From: Minisyncoccota bacterium
GTDB taxonomy: Bacteria; Patescibacteriota; Minisyncoccia; Phycocordibacterales; UBA9973
Length of the DNA stretch: 64,000 nucleotides
Assembly (NCBI GenBank): GCA_025453495.1
Contig: JALOQM010000001.1
Coordinates: 90,732-154,731 of the forward strand
Direction of reading: 5' to 3'
The translations under genes were made by a program, and so were the position numbers. Below the pieces are notes generated by a model, which worked only from the letters and a program-made list of their open reading frames with translations, was not told where the DNA came from and ran no database searches. Position 1 is the stretch's first letter. Each line of letters opens with the position of its first letter. Positions 1-9,820 of this stretch are shown one piece after another.

Positions 1-2
1 CT

Positions 3-176
3 GCCCGTGCAGTTGATGCGATCTACAAAAAATATGAAGTAGTGAATAAAAGTGTAATGAGTGAAGTAGAAAACATTCTCAAGCAAGTAAAAAAATCAAA
101 AGTAATTATTCAAAAAAACAAAGTTAGAGCAGACAAAATAAGAAAAATGCTGATTAAAAAATATTTTACTTTTTAA
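3..176 (+). CDS. 3' end of a partial hypothetical protein running in from the window edge
   Basis: Open frame ARAVDAIYKKYEVVNK...IKKYFTF* ends at TAA 174-176 and is followed by a strong hairpin. Confidence 0.5.
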   Translation, partial: ARAVDAIYKKYEVVNKSVMSEVENILKQVKKSKVIIQKNKVRADKIRKMLIKKYFTF

Positions 177-191
177 TTTGTATCCTTGTAT

Positions 192-240
192 AATCACTAC
201 ACAAAATCCCCGCTTATTGCGGGGATTTTGTGTAGTGATT
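192..240. terminator. Bidirectional intrinsic terminator
   Basis: 22-bp perfect inverted repeat AATCACTACACAAAATCCCCGC-ttatt-GCGGGGATTTTGTGTAGTGATT between convergent genes. Confidence 0.8.
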
Positions 241-2507
241 TATATCAAGAAGTTTTTATCGATTACTCCCTTCTTCACCTCAAACGGTTCAGATGTATAT
301 ACCGGCACGTAGGAACCATCGGGATTTTTTACTTCGATTTTTGCATAATAGGTACCGTTCGGGACAAGCGCGTAGTACTGACCAAGCGCATTTGCGACCT
401 TGTGGATGATTTCAGGGTTGAGATTTGCTGAGAAGATACGCAAGATTGCAAATGAAAGTGGATTGCCGTACTTGTCCGTAAGCATACCGCGCTTTTTGCT
501 TTTCAAAAGTGTTTCTTTGAGAATGAAAACCACTGCATAAAGCACGACAATGCCGATATTGAGTGGCTCTGGAGCGACTGCAAGCGCGAATCCCGAGAGC
601 GCAAAACCAAACCAAAACAATATATTAGTAATACGAGAAATAATAAGATCACGCTTTGAATAAAATTTCATGAGATGTTGCTCGCGCTTTGCTGTCTCAT
701 TCCAGTCGGCACTGACCGGATCAAGTGGGATATTCTTGGTGATAACATCTCCTTTATTAAGGATGTCGATTGGACCACCAAAATACAAATCTGAATATAA
801 CTCATCACTTGCGCGACCAGAAAGATGTGCCGAAGGGAAGATATAATTTGTCTTATTTGCAACAATTGTAAACTGACCAGCATCGGAGAGAAATCCATAT
901 CGTCCATCAAGATCAGTGATGGAAGTAGTAATCTCACGACCATCAGCACCTTTAAGAACCACATATGCCGGATCAAGTGGCTGTTTAGTAACTGCATCGT
1001 ATACGGTACCCCATGGCTTACGCTTGCGGAATGCAAGCACCGAAAGTGCTGAACGCAACACTGAACCAGGTGTTGAGAGCACGGCACCAAGCGCACCGAC
1101 TAGAGCAACGGTCTTAAATGTAAGATCACCTCGTACTGTATTTATAAATGCGGCAAGATTCTCAAAACCTCGGAAAAGCACAGCGACTGCATCATCAAGT
1201 AGCGACGATCCAGTGATTTCTTCTGAGCGGCTTTCTAAAGGAACAGGCGAAGTCGGTTGCACTACAGCAGTAGATACTGGAGCAGCAACTGAAGGTTCAA
1301 TAGGCGGAAGTACGGGGATCTGAAGTGCTACTGTAGGACTTGTTGTCGGAGTAGTTGGCGAGATTACTGTTGAGGTGCTAGGAATTACAGATGTTGTCGA
1401 TATAACAGAAGTCGCTGAAGCTGTAGTTGTTGTAGAAGTTGCAGTTGAGACCGGTGAACCTCCACCAACTGATGATGGGGTGCTTGCTACTGATGATGAC
1501 GAAGAGCTTGATGTCGTCGTCGCCACGGTAGCAGCAGTATTTCCTCCTGGGCGCCATGCTGTCCGGACGCGAAACGGATCAGTTGCGCAGGTGCCAAGAG
1601 TATCACAGTCAAAAGCAATCCATCCAAGATTTTGACTCCATGCAAGACCCTGGAAAAAACCATCTCCATCAATTGTCACACCACCACCTGTCGGCGCAAA
1701 ATTAATCCATCCTGTACTTTGCCCCCATGCATATCCTGAGAGAGTACCGAACGCATCATTGAAGACACCGCCACCGATAGGATTCATAACAATCGGCCGG
1801 CCGTCTTGATCATATGCTGAGCCAGTCAAGAGATAATCAGAAACAACGACATCACAGTTTGTCAACTGACTTGTAGTAGTACTTGAAGCGACCGACGCCA
1901 TATCCACAGAGAAAAGATTTTCTGCGGTGTATTGTTCGACAGGAATGCCAGGTATTGCTTGTGTAATCGCTCCAACAATCTGAGCGCTGACGGAAGAGTA
2001 GATTTCATTTTGGTCAACAATTCGATATTTAACTGTGTATGTCTTATTTTCTGGAAGCCACTCAAAGTCAGAAAAGACAAGTGTGCCAGTTGCAACAAGG
2101 TCAGGAGACAAGATAATTGTCGGCGGATTGTTTTGATCTATTGACTCAGTAAAAGTGATGATGATCGAGAAAGGTCCTCCAGAAAGAGCATCAGTGATAG
2201 TCGCTGCTGAAACAGACACCGACTCAACACCCGGCACACCAACCGTCGGAACATTTTGTTGAAACGAACTTGTCAGAGAAAAATTCAATGAGGACGCCTC
2301 ACGAGAAAGAGTTTGTGCTGCGGTAGAAGAAGTATTTGCTGCAAGCGTCGAAGACGCGGCTGGACAGCCAAAATCGATATAGCTTCCATCAAGGACAACC
2401 TTTGCACGATAATCAACAGGATCGATATTTGTGGTTGCGACAGACATACTCGCGCTAAATGCAAAAAAGAGAATAAGAGCAATTAGTATTTCAGTTGTTT
2501 TTTTCAT
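240..2507 (-). CDS. Large surface/membrane protein with GYAW-x4-GWI repeats, an S/T/P linker and a C-terminal carboxypeptidase-regulatory-like domain plus TM helices
   Basis: Signal peptide; SGYAWGQSTGWINF and GLAWSQNLGWIAF repeats; long S/T/P tract; PWGTVYDAVTKQPLDPAYV...TDLDGRYGF prealbumin-like motif. Confidence 0.7.
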   Translation of the reverse strand: MKKTTEILIALILFFAFSASMSVATTNIDPVDYRAKVVLDGSYIDFGCPAASSTLAANTSSTAAQTLSREASSLNFSLTSSFQQNVPTVGVPGVESVSVSAATITDALSGGPFSIIITFTESIDQNNPPTIILSPDLVATGTLVFSDFEWLPENKTYTVKYRIVDQNEIYSSVSAQIVGAITQAIPGIPVEQYTAENLFSVDMASVASSTTTSQLTNCDVVVSDYLLTGSAYDQDGRPIVMNPIGGGVFNDAFGTLSGYAWGQSTGWINFAPTGGGVTIDGDGFFQGLAWSQNLGWIAFDCDTLGTCATDPFRVRTAWRPGGNTAATVATTTSSSSSSSVASTPSSVGGGSPVSTATSTTTTASATSVISTTSVIPSTSTVISPTTPTTSPTVALQIPVLPPIEPSVAAPVSTAVVQPTSPVPLESRSEEITGSSLLDDAVAVLFRGFENLAAFINTVRGDLTFKTVALVGALGAVLSTPGSVLRSALSVLAFRKRKPWGTVYDAVTKQPLDPAYVVLKGADGREITTSITDLDGRYGFLSDAGQFTIVANKTNYIFPSAHLSGRASDELYSDLYFGGPIDILNKGDVITKNIPLDPVSADWNETAKREQHLMKFYSKRDLIISRITNILFWFGFALSGFALAVAPEPLNIGIVVLYAVVFILKETLLKSKKRGMLTDKYGNPLSFAILRIFSANLNPEIIHKVANALGQYYALVPNGTYYAKIEVKNPDGSYVPVYTSEPFEVKKGVIDKNFLI

Positions 2508-2531
2508 TTTGTATTTTTTAGAAAGTGGTAC

Positions 2532-3152
2532 CTACAGTATACCTGTTAGCCAAGTAAAGATAAAGAAAATTGCTGGCGCAAAGTATTGCCAGATAAATAC
2601 CAAAAAGACAATGAGGAGGATAAACCCATAGCGCTCAAGCGCTGCCTCGATGGCATGAAATCGTGCTGGCAGAAGTGAGAAAAGTATTTTTGAGCCATCA
2701 AGTGGTGGTATTGGTACGAGATTAAAGACAGCAAGCAATATATTAAGAAACACAATCGTACCAATGAGAGAGATCGCGTGTTCATTGGCGATGCCATAGT
2801 GCGTAAGTATTCGCATCCCAAGTGCAAAGAGCACAGCTATCAATAGATTAGCAAAGATGCCAGCCGATGCGATGGCAAGAGTCCCCCACCGCTTGTTGCG
2901 CAGATTGTTTGGATTGTACGGGACTGGCTTCGCCCATCCAAAAACAAAGCCAGTTTTGGCAACAATCATAATGAAGGGTAAAATCACTGAGCCAAAAGGA
3001 TCGAGGTGTTTGATCGGATTGAGTGTCAGACGTCCAGCATTACGGGCTGTTGGATCGCCAAACATTTCTGCCACATATCCATGAGAAATCTCATGGAGTA
3101 TGACAGAAATAATAAGAATAATTATATAAAAGACAGCATCAAGCTCTTGCAT
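2532..3152 (-). CDS. Site-2 protease (peptidase M50)
   Basis: HEISH zinc motif and FNLVPIPPLDG; start moved to MQELD (3152) or MEPIH (3167) to avoid overlap with rpmB. Confidence 0.9.
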   Translation of the reverse strand: MQELDAVFYIIILIISVILHEISHGYVAEMFGDPTARNAGRLTLNPIKHLDPFGSVILPFIMIVAKTGFVFGWAKPVPYNPNNLRNKRWGTLAIASAGIFANLLIAVLFALGMRILTHYGIANEHAISLIGTIVFLNILLAVFNLVPIPPLDGSKILFSLLPARFHAIEAALERYGFILLIVFLVFIWQYFAPAIFFIFTWLTGIL

Positions 3153-3186
3153 ATGTATAGGTTCCATGATAGCATCCTCACCACAT

Positions 3187-3432
3187 ATGGCAAAAATCTG
3201 TCCAATTACAAATAAAGGGCCAAAAAAGGCTGGCAAGTACGCAAACCGCACTCGTGCGACTATTTTCACTCCTGTACCAAAGAAGTATAAATTGCCTAAC
3301 CTTCAGACAAAGACAATCTACGTGCCTGAGCTCAAGAAGTCTATGACATTGACTGCATCAAACAAGGGATTCCGCACTATCAAGAAAAACGGTGCTTTCG
3401 CAGCACTCACAAAAGCAGGAATCATCAAATAA
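3187..3432 (+). CDS. rpmB: 50S ribosomal protein L28
   Basis: MAKICPITNKGP...LPNLQTK...KGFRTIKKNG is the L28 pattern. Confidence 0.85.
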   Translation: MAKICPITNKGPKKAGKYANRTRATIFTPVPKKYKLPNLQTKTIYVPELKKSMTLTASNKGFRTIKKNGAFAALTKAGIIK

Positions 3433-3435
3433 TGC

Positions 3436-3469
3436 ATGACAAAAAGCGTCTTTCGGCGCTTTTTGTCAT
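3436..3469. terminator. Bidirectional terminator
   Basis: ATGACAAAAAGCGTC-tttc-GGCGCTTTTTGTCAT between convergent genes. Confidence 0.75.
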
Positions 3470-4329
3470 TTCCTCCAAAATGTTTTTCCGTCCGACTGTA
3501 TGACTATCGTCCCTTCTTCATATGTGATGAGTGTCGGGATATTGAGATTTTCCAACCGATGAAGTATTTCCTGTTTCGGTAATCCATACTTATTGTTATG
3601 ACCGACAGAGATAATCGCTAAATCAGGATCTACAGCTTCAAGAAATGAGATGCTTGATGATGTCTTTGACCCATGGTGTCCAACTTTTAATATATCTGAC
3701 TCTAGAGACTCTTTTGTATAATCACCTAATACAATTCTTTCTGTCTTTTCTGTCGCATCTCCAGTCAACATGACTGACACAAGATCATAAACAAGACGTG
3801 AGACGATCGATCCATCATTGCTCTTCCATGTCGACACATCCCTGTCGGGAAAAAGAATATCAAGATAAATAGTATGTTCTTCATCAAGCATAAAACGCAT
3901 CCCTTGCTTTGCAAGTAACGCATGTGTACCACGCTCTCGAACAGAATTTTCAAATCGCGCGAATGTATCTGTACCTGACTGAGTTCCAGGTACAATCACG
4001 GTACCTACGCGATATCGCTCGAGCACATCGATAAATCCAGCATAGTGGTCAAGGTCTGGATTTGTAACAACAAGCATATCTATTGATCGATCATAAAACG
4101 GCATAACTTTGCCAAGCTCAGAAAGAATTGCAGCATTTGGCCCACCATCGACAACAACCTGGGTACCATCGGGTGTCTCAATGTAAAGCGCATCTCCTTG
4201 TCCTATATCTAGAAAGCCAAGTGTCATATACTGTTTGTGCTCTATCTGCCAGAGTATCCACCAAATCAATATAGTCCCAAGCATGAGTATGATAAGCGCT
4301 CCTACTTTATATTTTTTTGTTTGCGTCAT
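3466..4329 (-). CDS. ComEC/Rec2-type metallo-beta-lactamase-fold protein (stand-alone C-terminal half)
   Basis: FLDIGQGDA, TNPDLDHYAG, MLTGD, LKVGHHGSKTSS and ISVGHNNKYGLP motifs; N-terminal TM anchor. Confidence 0.9.
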   Translation of the reverse strand: MTQTKKYKVGALIILMLGTILIWWILWQIEHKQYMTLGFLDIGQGDALYIETPDGTQVVVDGGPNAAILSELGKVMPFYDRSIDMLVVTNPDLDHYAGFIDVLERYRVGTVIVPGTQSGTDTFARFENSVRERGTHALLAKQGMRFMLDEEHTIYLDILFPDRDVSTWKSNDGSIVSRLVYDLVSVMLTGDATEKTERIVLGDYTKESLESDILKVGHHGSKTSSSISFLEAVDPDLAIISVGHNNKYGLPKQEILHRLENLNIPTLITYEEGTIVIQSDGKTFWRK

Positions 4330-4379
4330 TTTTTTGCTCTAGGTATACTGTGCCTATTAGAAATCTAATTCACTATCGC

Positions 4380-4976
4380 ATGCAACAGTACGCCGAGAAA
4401 AAATTTACCATTCCTGAACTCAAAGGAATATCAGCAAAAAATATAGAAGAGCACATGAAGCTCTATACTGGCTATGTCAAAAATACAAACGGTATACTTT
4501 CGCAGATTGCGGAATTAACAAAAGATAGTGAAAAAAATGCCTATCTATTGGGAGAATTACAGCGACGCTTCGGATTCGAATTTGATGGCATGCGCAACCA
4601 TGAGTACTACTTCCGCTCACTTGAAGGAGGAGCACTACAGCTTGAAAGCGATTCTCTACTCAAAACTGCAATCGAGAAAGAATGGGGTTCATTTGATGAA
4701 TGGCTCACGCGTTTCAAAGCTGTTGCAATGACTCGTGGTATCGGTTGGGCAATGCTCTATTATGATAGACAAGAAAAAAGACTAGTAAATGCGTGGATTG
4801 ACGAGCAGCATCTTGGGCATCTCACTGGACTCTCACCAGTACTTGCACTTGATATGTGGGAGCACGCATACGTTGCTGACTATCAGCCAAGTGGGAAGAA
4901 GCAGTATGTAGAAGACTTTTTCGCTAATCTGAATTGGTCAGTAATTGAGGCGAATTTTAAAGAAGCAGATAGATAA
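4380..4976 (+). CDS. Fe/Mn superoxide dismutase family protein
   Basis: HMKLYTGYV, NHEYYF and LDMWEHAY metal-ligand motifs. Confidence 0.9.
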   Translation: MQQYAEKKFTIPELKGISAKNIEEHMKLYTGYVKNTNGILSQIAELTKDSEKNAYLLGELQRRFGFEFDGMRNHEYYFRSLEGGALQLESDSLLKTAIEKEWGSFDEWLTRFKAVAMTRGIGWAMLYYDRQEKRLVNAWIDEQHLGHLTGLSPVLALDMWEHAYVADYQPSGKKQYVEDFFANLNWSVIEANFKEADR

Positions 4977-4984
4977 CTCCACTA

Positions 4985-5018
4985 AACAAAACCCACTTTG
5001 ATCAAAGTGGGTTTTGTT
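4985..5018. terminator. 34-bp perfect palindrome acting as a bidirectional terminator
   Basis: AACAAAACCCACTTTGA|TCAAAGTGGGTTTTGTT between convergent sod and comEC. Confidence 0.75.
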
Positions 5019-5049
5019 ATTTTAGATTTTTAGAGCTTAATTCAAAAAT

Positions 5050-6549
5050 CTACTGTAGCTTCTTAACAACATGTATGCTCTTTTCATTTCGCAGTACCCA
5101 CCATATAAGTAGTATATATATGCCGATCACGACAATAATTGGCATATGGCGGATAGTAATTGCAGAGAATGGCAAATCAGCAAACCACTTCACAACTGTA
5201 AGTATATAGTGCAATAGTCCATACGAAACAAAAGAAAATGGCAGTACTAGAATACTAGAAAGCATGCCTGTGACACCAGTCAAAAATCCCGAAAGCATTA
5301 CCATGGGAACAACCGGCAATACAAGCATATTTGCAGGAAGTGAGACAATCGAAAATACACCCGTCTTGTAGACAATCAGTGGAAATGTCGCAATCTGAGC
5401 TGCGAGTGTACCTGACAAAATATCTCGGATAGCAAAACGAGTGGTCACCCATCCGAGTTTCTCGTCTATGAGCGGCGAGAGATAGACGATGCCTAATGTT
5501 GCAAGAAATGAAAGTTGAAATGATACATCAGAGACAAGAATCTTTGGATTGATAGCAATCATGAGTGATGCTGCAAATACAAGTGCGCGTTCGACAGCAT
5601 ACGTCCGTCCGACATAGCGCGAAAGCACCAGGAGTACTGCCATGATTGATGCACGAAGTACAGTTGATCCACCACCTGCGAGAATTGCAAAGAGTGCAAT
5701 CGCAATAATCCCTGCACTTGATGCAAGCGCGATCGGCAAGAGTGCACACACACGCATGATCATCTCTGCGATAATCGTCACGTTGTAGCCGGAGAGTGCG
5801 ACCATATGGATCGTGCCAGTCTTTACAAAATCTTCCGTCAGAGATTCTGGGAACGATGCACGAGTACCAAGCAGTATCCCGAGCAAAAGCATGTCTTCAG
5901 GTGATGACACAGTACGAGAGATAGACGCAGCAAATGCGTGCTTGATTGTATAGAGACGTGTAACTATCCACGAACCATGTCCAGAAGAGATGTGTGTTAT
6001 GTCCGGGTTTTTTATACTGTAGTGTATGTTATCTTTTGCAAGATAAGAAACATAATCAAACTCCATACCAGAATCAGTCAGGAAATTTTTTGGCGCTGTT
6101 ACTTTCCCTTCTATACGGAGTAAGTCTCCATACGAAATAGTCGCATAGCGATCAGTAGAAATAATGAATTTTGTTTTTGTATCTATTGTTTCAACACCAA
6201 TGCGAGTGGGCTCTAATACAAAGCGAAGATTTTTTTCACGCATTTGTGGCTCATCGACGACAACTCCTTCCAGTACTATTTTCTGACCAAGTGACAGAGT
6301 ACTTGCCGATAAAGGTATAACCGAAGCTACTTGATTGTAACGAATACCGCCAAGCACTACCACAAAGGCACCAATCGCCATAAGTAAAAATATTTTTAAT
6401 TTTTTAGTAAGAAAAAAATAAATTAAAAAAACGGCGAGTGCCGCCGTGGTGATTTTGATGATTAGAGGCATCGGTATCGGTACATATGACCGAATCAATA
6501 CTCCGAGAATAAATGACAGGGTGATTGTATAAAAATAAATACTTCGCAT
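5050..6549 (-). CDS. comEC: ComEC/Rec2 competence membrane protein (OB-like plus competence domain, no MBL domain)
   Basis: TGTIHMVALSGYNV, STVLRASIMA and SFQLSFLATLGI motifs; multiple TMs. Confidence 0.92.
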   Translation of the reverse strand: MRSIYFYTITLSFILGVLIRSYVPIPMPLIIKITTAALAVFLIYFFLTKKLKIFLLMAIGAFVVVLGGIRYNQVASVIPLSASTLSLGQKIVLEGVVVDEPQMREKNLRFVLEPTRIGVETIDTKTKFIISTDRYATISYGDLLRIEGKVTAPKNFLTDSGMEFDYVSYLAKDNIHYSIKNPDITHISSGHGSWIVTRLYTIKHAFAASISRTVSSPEDMLLLGILLGTRASFPESLTEDFVKTGTIHMVALSGYNVTIIAEMIMRVCALLPIALASSAGIIAIALFAILAGGGSTVLRASIMAVLLVLSRYVGRTYAVERALVFAASLMIAINPKILVSDVSFQLSFLATLGIVYLSPLIDEKLGWVTTRFAIRDILSGTLAAQIATFPLIVYKTGVFSIVSLPANMLVLPVVPMVMLSGFLTGVTGMLSSILVLPFSFVSYGLLHYILTVVKWFADLPFSAITIRHMPIIVVIGIYILLIWWVLRNEKSIHVVKKLQ

Positions 6550-6584
6550 GTGTTACATATCTGATACAAACTCCTTGATACAAC

Positions 6585-7307
6585 TCACAGTCCCCACTCA
6601 CGAATAATCGCTTCCTCATCTGCTTCGGAAAGTGCTTTCTTAAATTTCACTCCTGAGAGACTTTTGACACGTGCTTCACACTCTGCCCATGTCGCATGCT
6701 TTGCAAGCACACCATCGACAAGTGACAAGTACGAATACGCCTTGCCTTGACGTTTTGCAGGCATACCGGCATGCTCAGCAAATACACTACCGCCGATATG
6801 TGCGCTATATTCGTCGACCGTCCCATGGAAAAGCTCGACCTGGTTCTCATCAGCAAATGATGTAGCGATCACATCCGCGCGTTCATTGCCAAGATTACCA
6901 GAGTGGCCTTTGACTTTTTTCCACTCAAGAATTCCCTTTGCATTTCGCTCATGAGTGAGAAGCAAGAGTCGCTGCCACAAATCTTGATTCAAAACGGGTT
7001 TCTTCTGTGCAGTCATCCAATTATTTTTTTGCCATCCATGCACCCACAACGTGATGCCATTTAGTACATAGGCAGAATCCGTGTGTATAGTCACTCTGCC
7101 GATCACACCTTCAAGAGCAATCAGTGCTTCAATTACTGCTGTAAGCTCCATGCGATTGTTTGTCGTTTCACGCGCATAGCCGCCGATCTCGCGTACGATG
7201 TTTTTCTCGCGCCACACAATAACCGCACCAAAGCCCCCCGGTCCAGGATTACCAAGAGAGGAGCCATCAGTCCAGATAATTACATTTCTGTCGTCACTTT
7301 CATTCAT
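6585..7307 (-). CDS. rnhA: Ribonuclease HI with a C-terminal viroplasmin-like hybrid-binding domain
   Basis: TDGSSLGNPGPGG, TTNNRMEL, HTDS and VKGHSG..GNERAD motifs; C-terminal TWAECEARVK..GVKFKK. Confidence 0.92.
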   Translation of the reverse strand: MNESDDRNVIIWTDGSSLGNPGPGGFGAVIVWREKNIVREIGGYARETTNNRMELTAVIEALIALEGVIGRVTIHTDSAYVLNGITLWVHGWQKNNWMTAQKKPVLNQDLWQRLLLLTHERNAKGILEWKKVKGHSGNLGNERADVIATSFADENQVELFHGTVDEYSAHIGGSVFAEHAGMPAKRQGKAYSYLSLVDGVLAKHATWAECEARVKSLSGVKFKKALSEADEEAIIREWGL

Positions 7308-7384
7308 ACTCTTTTTGTTTCACAAAATAATTTGTTCAATTGTCTTTCTGGATTTTATATAAAATACCAGCTACTAAATACTAA

Positions 7385-9067
7385 CTACTGTGTAATGTCT
7401 ACAATTCTAAGCCTGATCTCAGATTTGCGCAAAAATGTCGAAGACTCTATTGTCGCGAGAAGTTCCACTTTACTTCCCTCCTTGAGCGAAACACTGAAAC
7501 GCTCTGGCTCAGTAAAGAAACTAATTGCTTTTACCACACTACCGTCTGGTTTCACAAAACCTATCTCAAGATGTTCTTCTTGTTTGCCAAATTTTTTTAC
7601 ATAGCTGATTTCAGCGCTGTGAAACAAGAACACAGGCTTCGGATTGCCTATACCAAATGGCGCAAACGGTTCAACGCGTTTATATGTCTGCGCTGTGACA
7701 TCTGCGAGCGAAAGTATCGCTTCATAGGTGCCACCTTCGACTACTGCGACAGGTTTCTTCTCAAGAGTGGCGTGTGCCACAGAAAGTCGCTCTTCAAGGA
7801 AGTGCACACTCTCGTGCGAGACAGAAAAACCCCCAGCACCTGCATGTCCGCCAAAATCAAGAAACGTTCCTTCCCCCGCCGCCGTCATGAGTTCGACGAG
7901 GTTTGACCCGTCGCCCGAACGACACGAGCCTTTGATAGTGTCACTGCCTTCAAGTCCCCAGACAAAGACAGGCTTCTTGTGTTCATCTGCGAGTTTTCCT
8001 GCGACAAGTCCGAGAATACCAACGCGCCATACTGGTGAACCGATGACGATAACTGACTGCGCTTCTCGCTCTTTCAATTTCTTTTTTGTTTCTTTGATGA
8101 TAGTTGCGACAAGATATTTGCGTTCGTCGTTTATCTTCACGAGGTGATCAGCAAGCGCGCCAGCTTCATCTTCTTTTTCTGCAGCAAGTAATTCAAATGC
8201 CTTTCGTGGCGAGTCCATGCGCGACGCGGCATTGAGTCTCGGTGCAATCGTAAACGTGATATCTTCCTCAACGAGTCGCTCCGCATCGACTTTTGCTTTT
8301 GCAAAGAGCTTTCGCAATCCTGCACGACGATTCTTCTTGAGCACCTTCATGCCGAAATATGCAATCGCTCGATTCTCCCCTTGGAGCGGCACCATATCAG
8401 AAAGCGTGCCGATCGCCGCCATATCGAGCCACCATTTTTCTTCGCCGTCTTTGATCGTGAAAAATTCTCCGTACTTTTTTGCAAACGCACTCGCAAGCTT
8501 CCACGCGACACCCGCACCGCAGAGCATGTCGTACGGATAGTGATCATCTTCACGTTTTGGATTTACAAGTGCGTACGCATGCGGCACGTTGCCGTGCGGC
8601 AAGTGGTGATCAGTGATGATGACATCAATACCGTTTGCTTGCGCTTCAGCAACTTCATCCACATCAGTTGTGCCGAGGTCGACAGTGATGATAAGTTTCA
8701 CGTCTCCCTCAATCGCTTCTTTAATTGCTTCCATATTGAGTCCGTATCCTTCTTCGTGTCGATCAGGAATGTAGACTGCAAAATTTTCATATTTGATTTT
8801 TTTAAAGAGATCATGCAAGATCACCGACCCAGGAATACCATCACAATCATAATCTCCGTATATCAAAATTTTTTCATTTGCTTGCGTCGCTGCAAAGATA
8901 CGGACAATAGACTTCTCCATATCTTTCATAAGAAGTGGGTCATGAAGATCACGCTCATATGATGGAGTTAGAAATTGTTCAGCTGCTTCACGTGTCGTGA
9001 TTCCTCTATTTTGCAAGAGCGTCTGCACAAGCTCCGGATATCCGGCGAGTTCGTTGTCGGTAGTCAT
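7385..9067 (-). CDS. recJ: Single-stranded DNA exonuclease RecJ
   Basis: GDYDCDG, TVDLG, TDHH, APRLNAASRM and FGGHAGAGG motifs; start probably MTTDNE. Confidence 0.95.
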   Translation of the reverse strand: MTTDNELAGYPELVQTLLQNRGITTREAAEQFLTPSYERDLHDPLLMKDMEKSIVRIFAATQANEKILIYGDYDCDGIPGSVILHDLFKKIKYENFAVYIPDRHEEGYGLNMEAIKEAIEGDVKLIITVDLGTTDVDEVAEAQANGIDVIITDHHLPHGNVPHAYALVNPKREDDHYPYDMLCGAGVAWKLASAFAKKYGEFFTIKDGEEKWWLDMAAIGTLSDMVPLQGENRAIAYFGMKVLKKNRRAGLRKLFAKAKVDAERLVEEDITFTIAPRLNAASRMDSPRKAFELLAAEKEDEAGALADHLVKINDERKYLVATIIKETKKKLKEREAQSVIVIGSPVWRVGILGLVAGKLADEHKKPVFVWGLEGSDTIKGSCRSGDGSNLVELMTAAGEGTFLDFGGHAGAGGFSVSHESVHFLEERLSVAHATLEKKPVAVVEGGTYEAILSLADVTAQTYKRVEPFAPFGIGNPKPVFLFHSAEISYVKKFGKQEEHLEIGFVKPDGSVVKAISFFTEPERFSVSLKEGSKVELLATIESSTFLRKSEIRLRIVDITQ

Positions 9068-9174
9068 TGAGTCGAGTATAACATTGGCTACATAATTTTC
9101 CCCAAATTGTTTTAAATAGTTCTCGCACAAGTAATGATCGAGTGAAATACGACATCTACTTATAAATAAAAATT

Positions 9175-9203
9175 AAGCCCGACACGTTTATAGTGTCGGG
9201 CTT
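9175..9203. terminator. Intrinsic terminator of the 9220-9717 gene
   Basis: AAGCCCGACAC-gtttata-GTGTCGGGCTT. Confidence 0.7.
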
Positions 9204-9219
9204 TTCTTATTGAATTTTT

Positions 9220-9717
9220 TTAGCGGAAACTCTTCAATGTTTTACTCCCACTGAAAAAGATTCCGACACTGAGCATCGGATTTTTATTCTCTGTTTTGAA
9301 CGGAGTTCCGAGTTCAACAAACATTGTCGAACTGAACCATTGAGCTGACCCCAGCCCAAGCATTGCCCCAACACCAATATAGCTACCTCGGTTATTGAAG
9401 TTTTTGGTTGCAACAGTATATAAAGACACCTGTTGCTGTTTAGGAATGCTTCGAAAAAGAAACATACCAAAAGAATTACTTCCAACAAAAAGTGATGTCC
9501 CGGCAGTGGCAGTCACAAATGTAGTAGTAAAGAAAAGACCGTTGACCTGTTGCGGTCTTTCGGCCCCAAATTGATACACAATCTGCGGGGCAAAGGTTGC
9601 TCCTACATTCCACCGTGCTCTTGAGGAAATGTTTGTATCAGATTGAACATTTGACTGTTGGCTCATTGCCAAGGTTGCGCATCCGAAGAACGCAATGAGA
9701 AAAAAGAGAGTTTTCAT
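9220..9717 (-). CDS. Hypothetical secreted protein, beta-strand rich
   Basis: Signal peptide MKTLFFLIAFFGCATLAMS-Q; alternating hydrophobic/Gly strands (YIGVGAMLGL, MFVELG, LSVGIFF). Confidence 0.7.
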   Translation of the reverse strand: MKTLFFLIAFFGCATLAMSQQSNVQSDTNISSRARWNVGATFAPQIVYQFGAERPQQVNGLFFTTTFVTATAGTSLFVGSNSFGMFLFRSIPKQQQVSLYTVATKNFNNRGSYIGVGAMLGLGSAQWFSSTMFVELGTPFKTENKNPMLSVGIFFSGSKTLKSFR

Positions 9718-9756
9718 TTTGAGGGAATTAATTGTTTACGAACTATTTCTATATAT

Positions 9757-9784
9757 ATTATATCAGATATAAATAGAAAGTCAA
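9757..9784 (-). promoter_or_regulatory. sigma70 promoter with extended -10
   Basis: TTGACT-16 nt-(TGa)TATAAT on the minus strand. Confidence 0.65.
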
Positions 9785-9820
9785 TAATACAAAGATTCAT
9801 ATGTATGAAATAATCTATTT

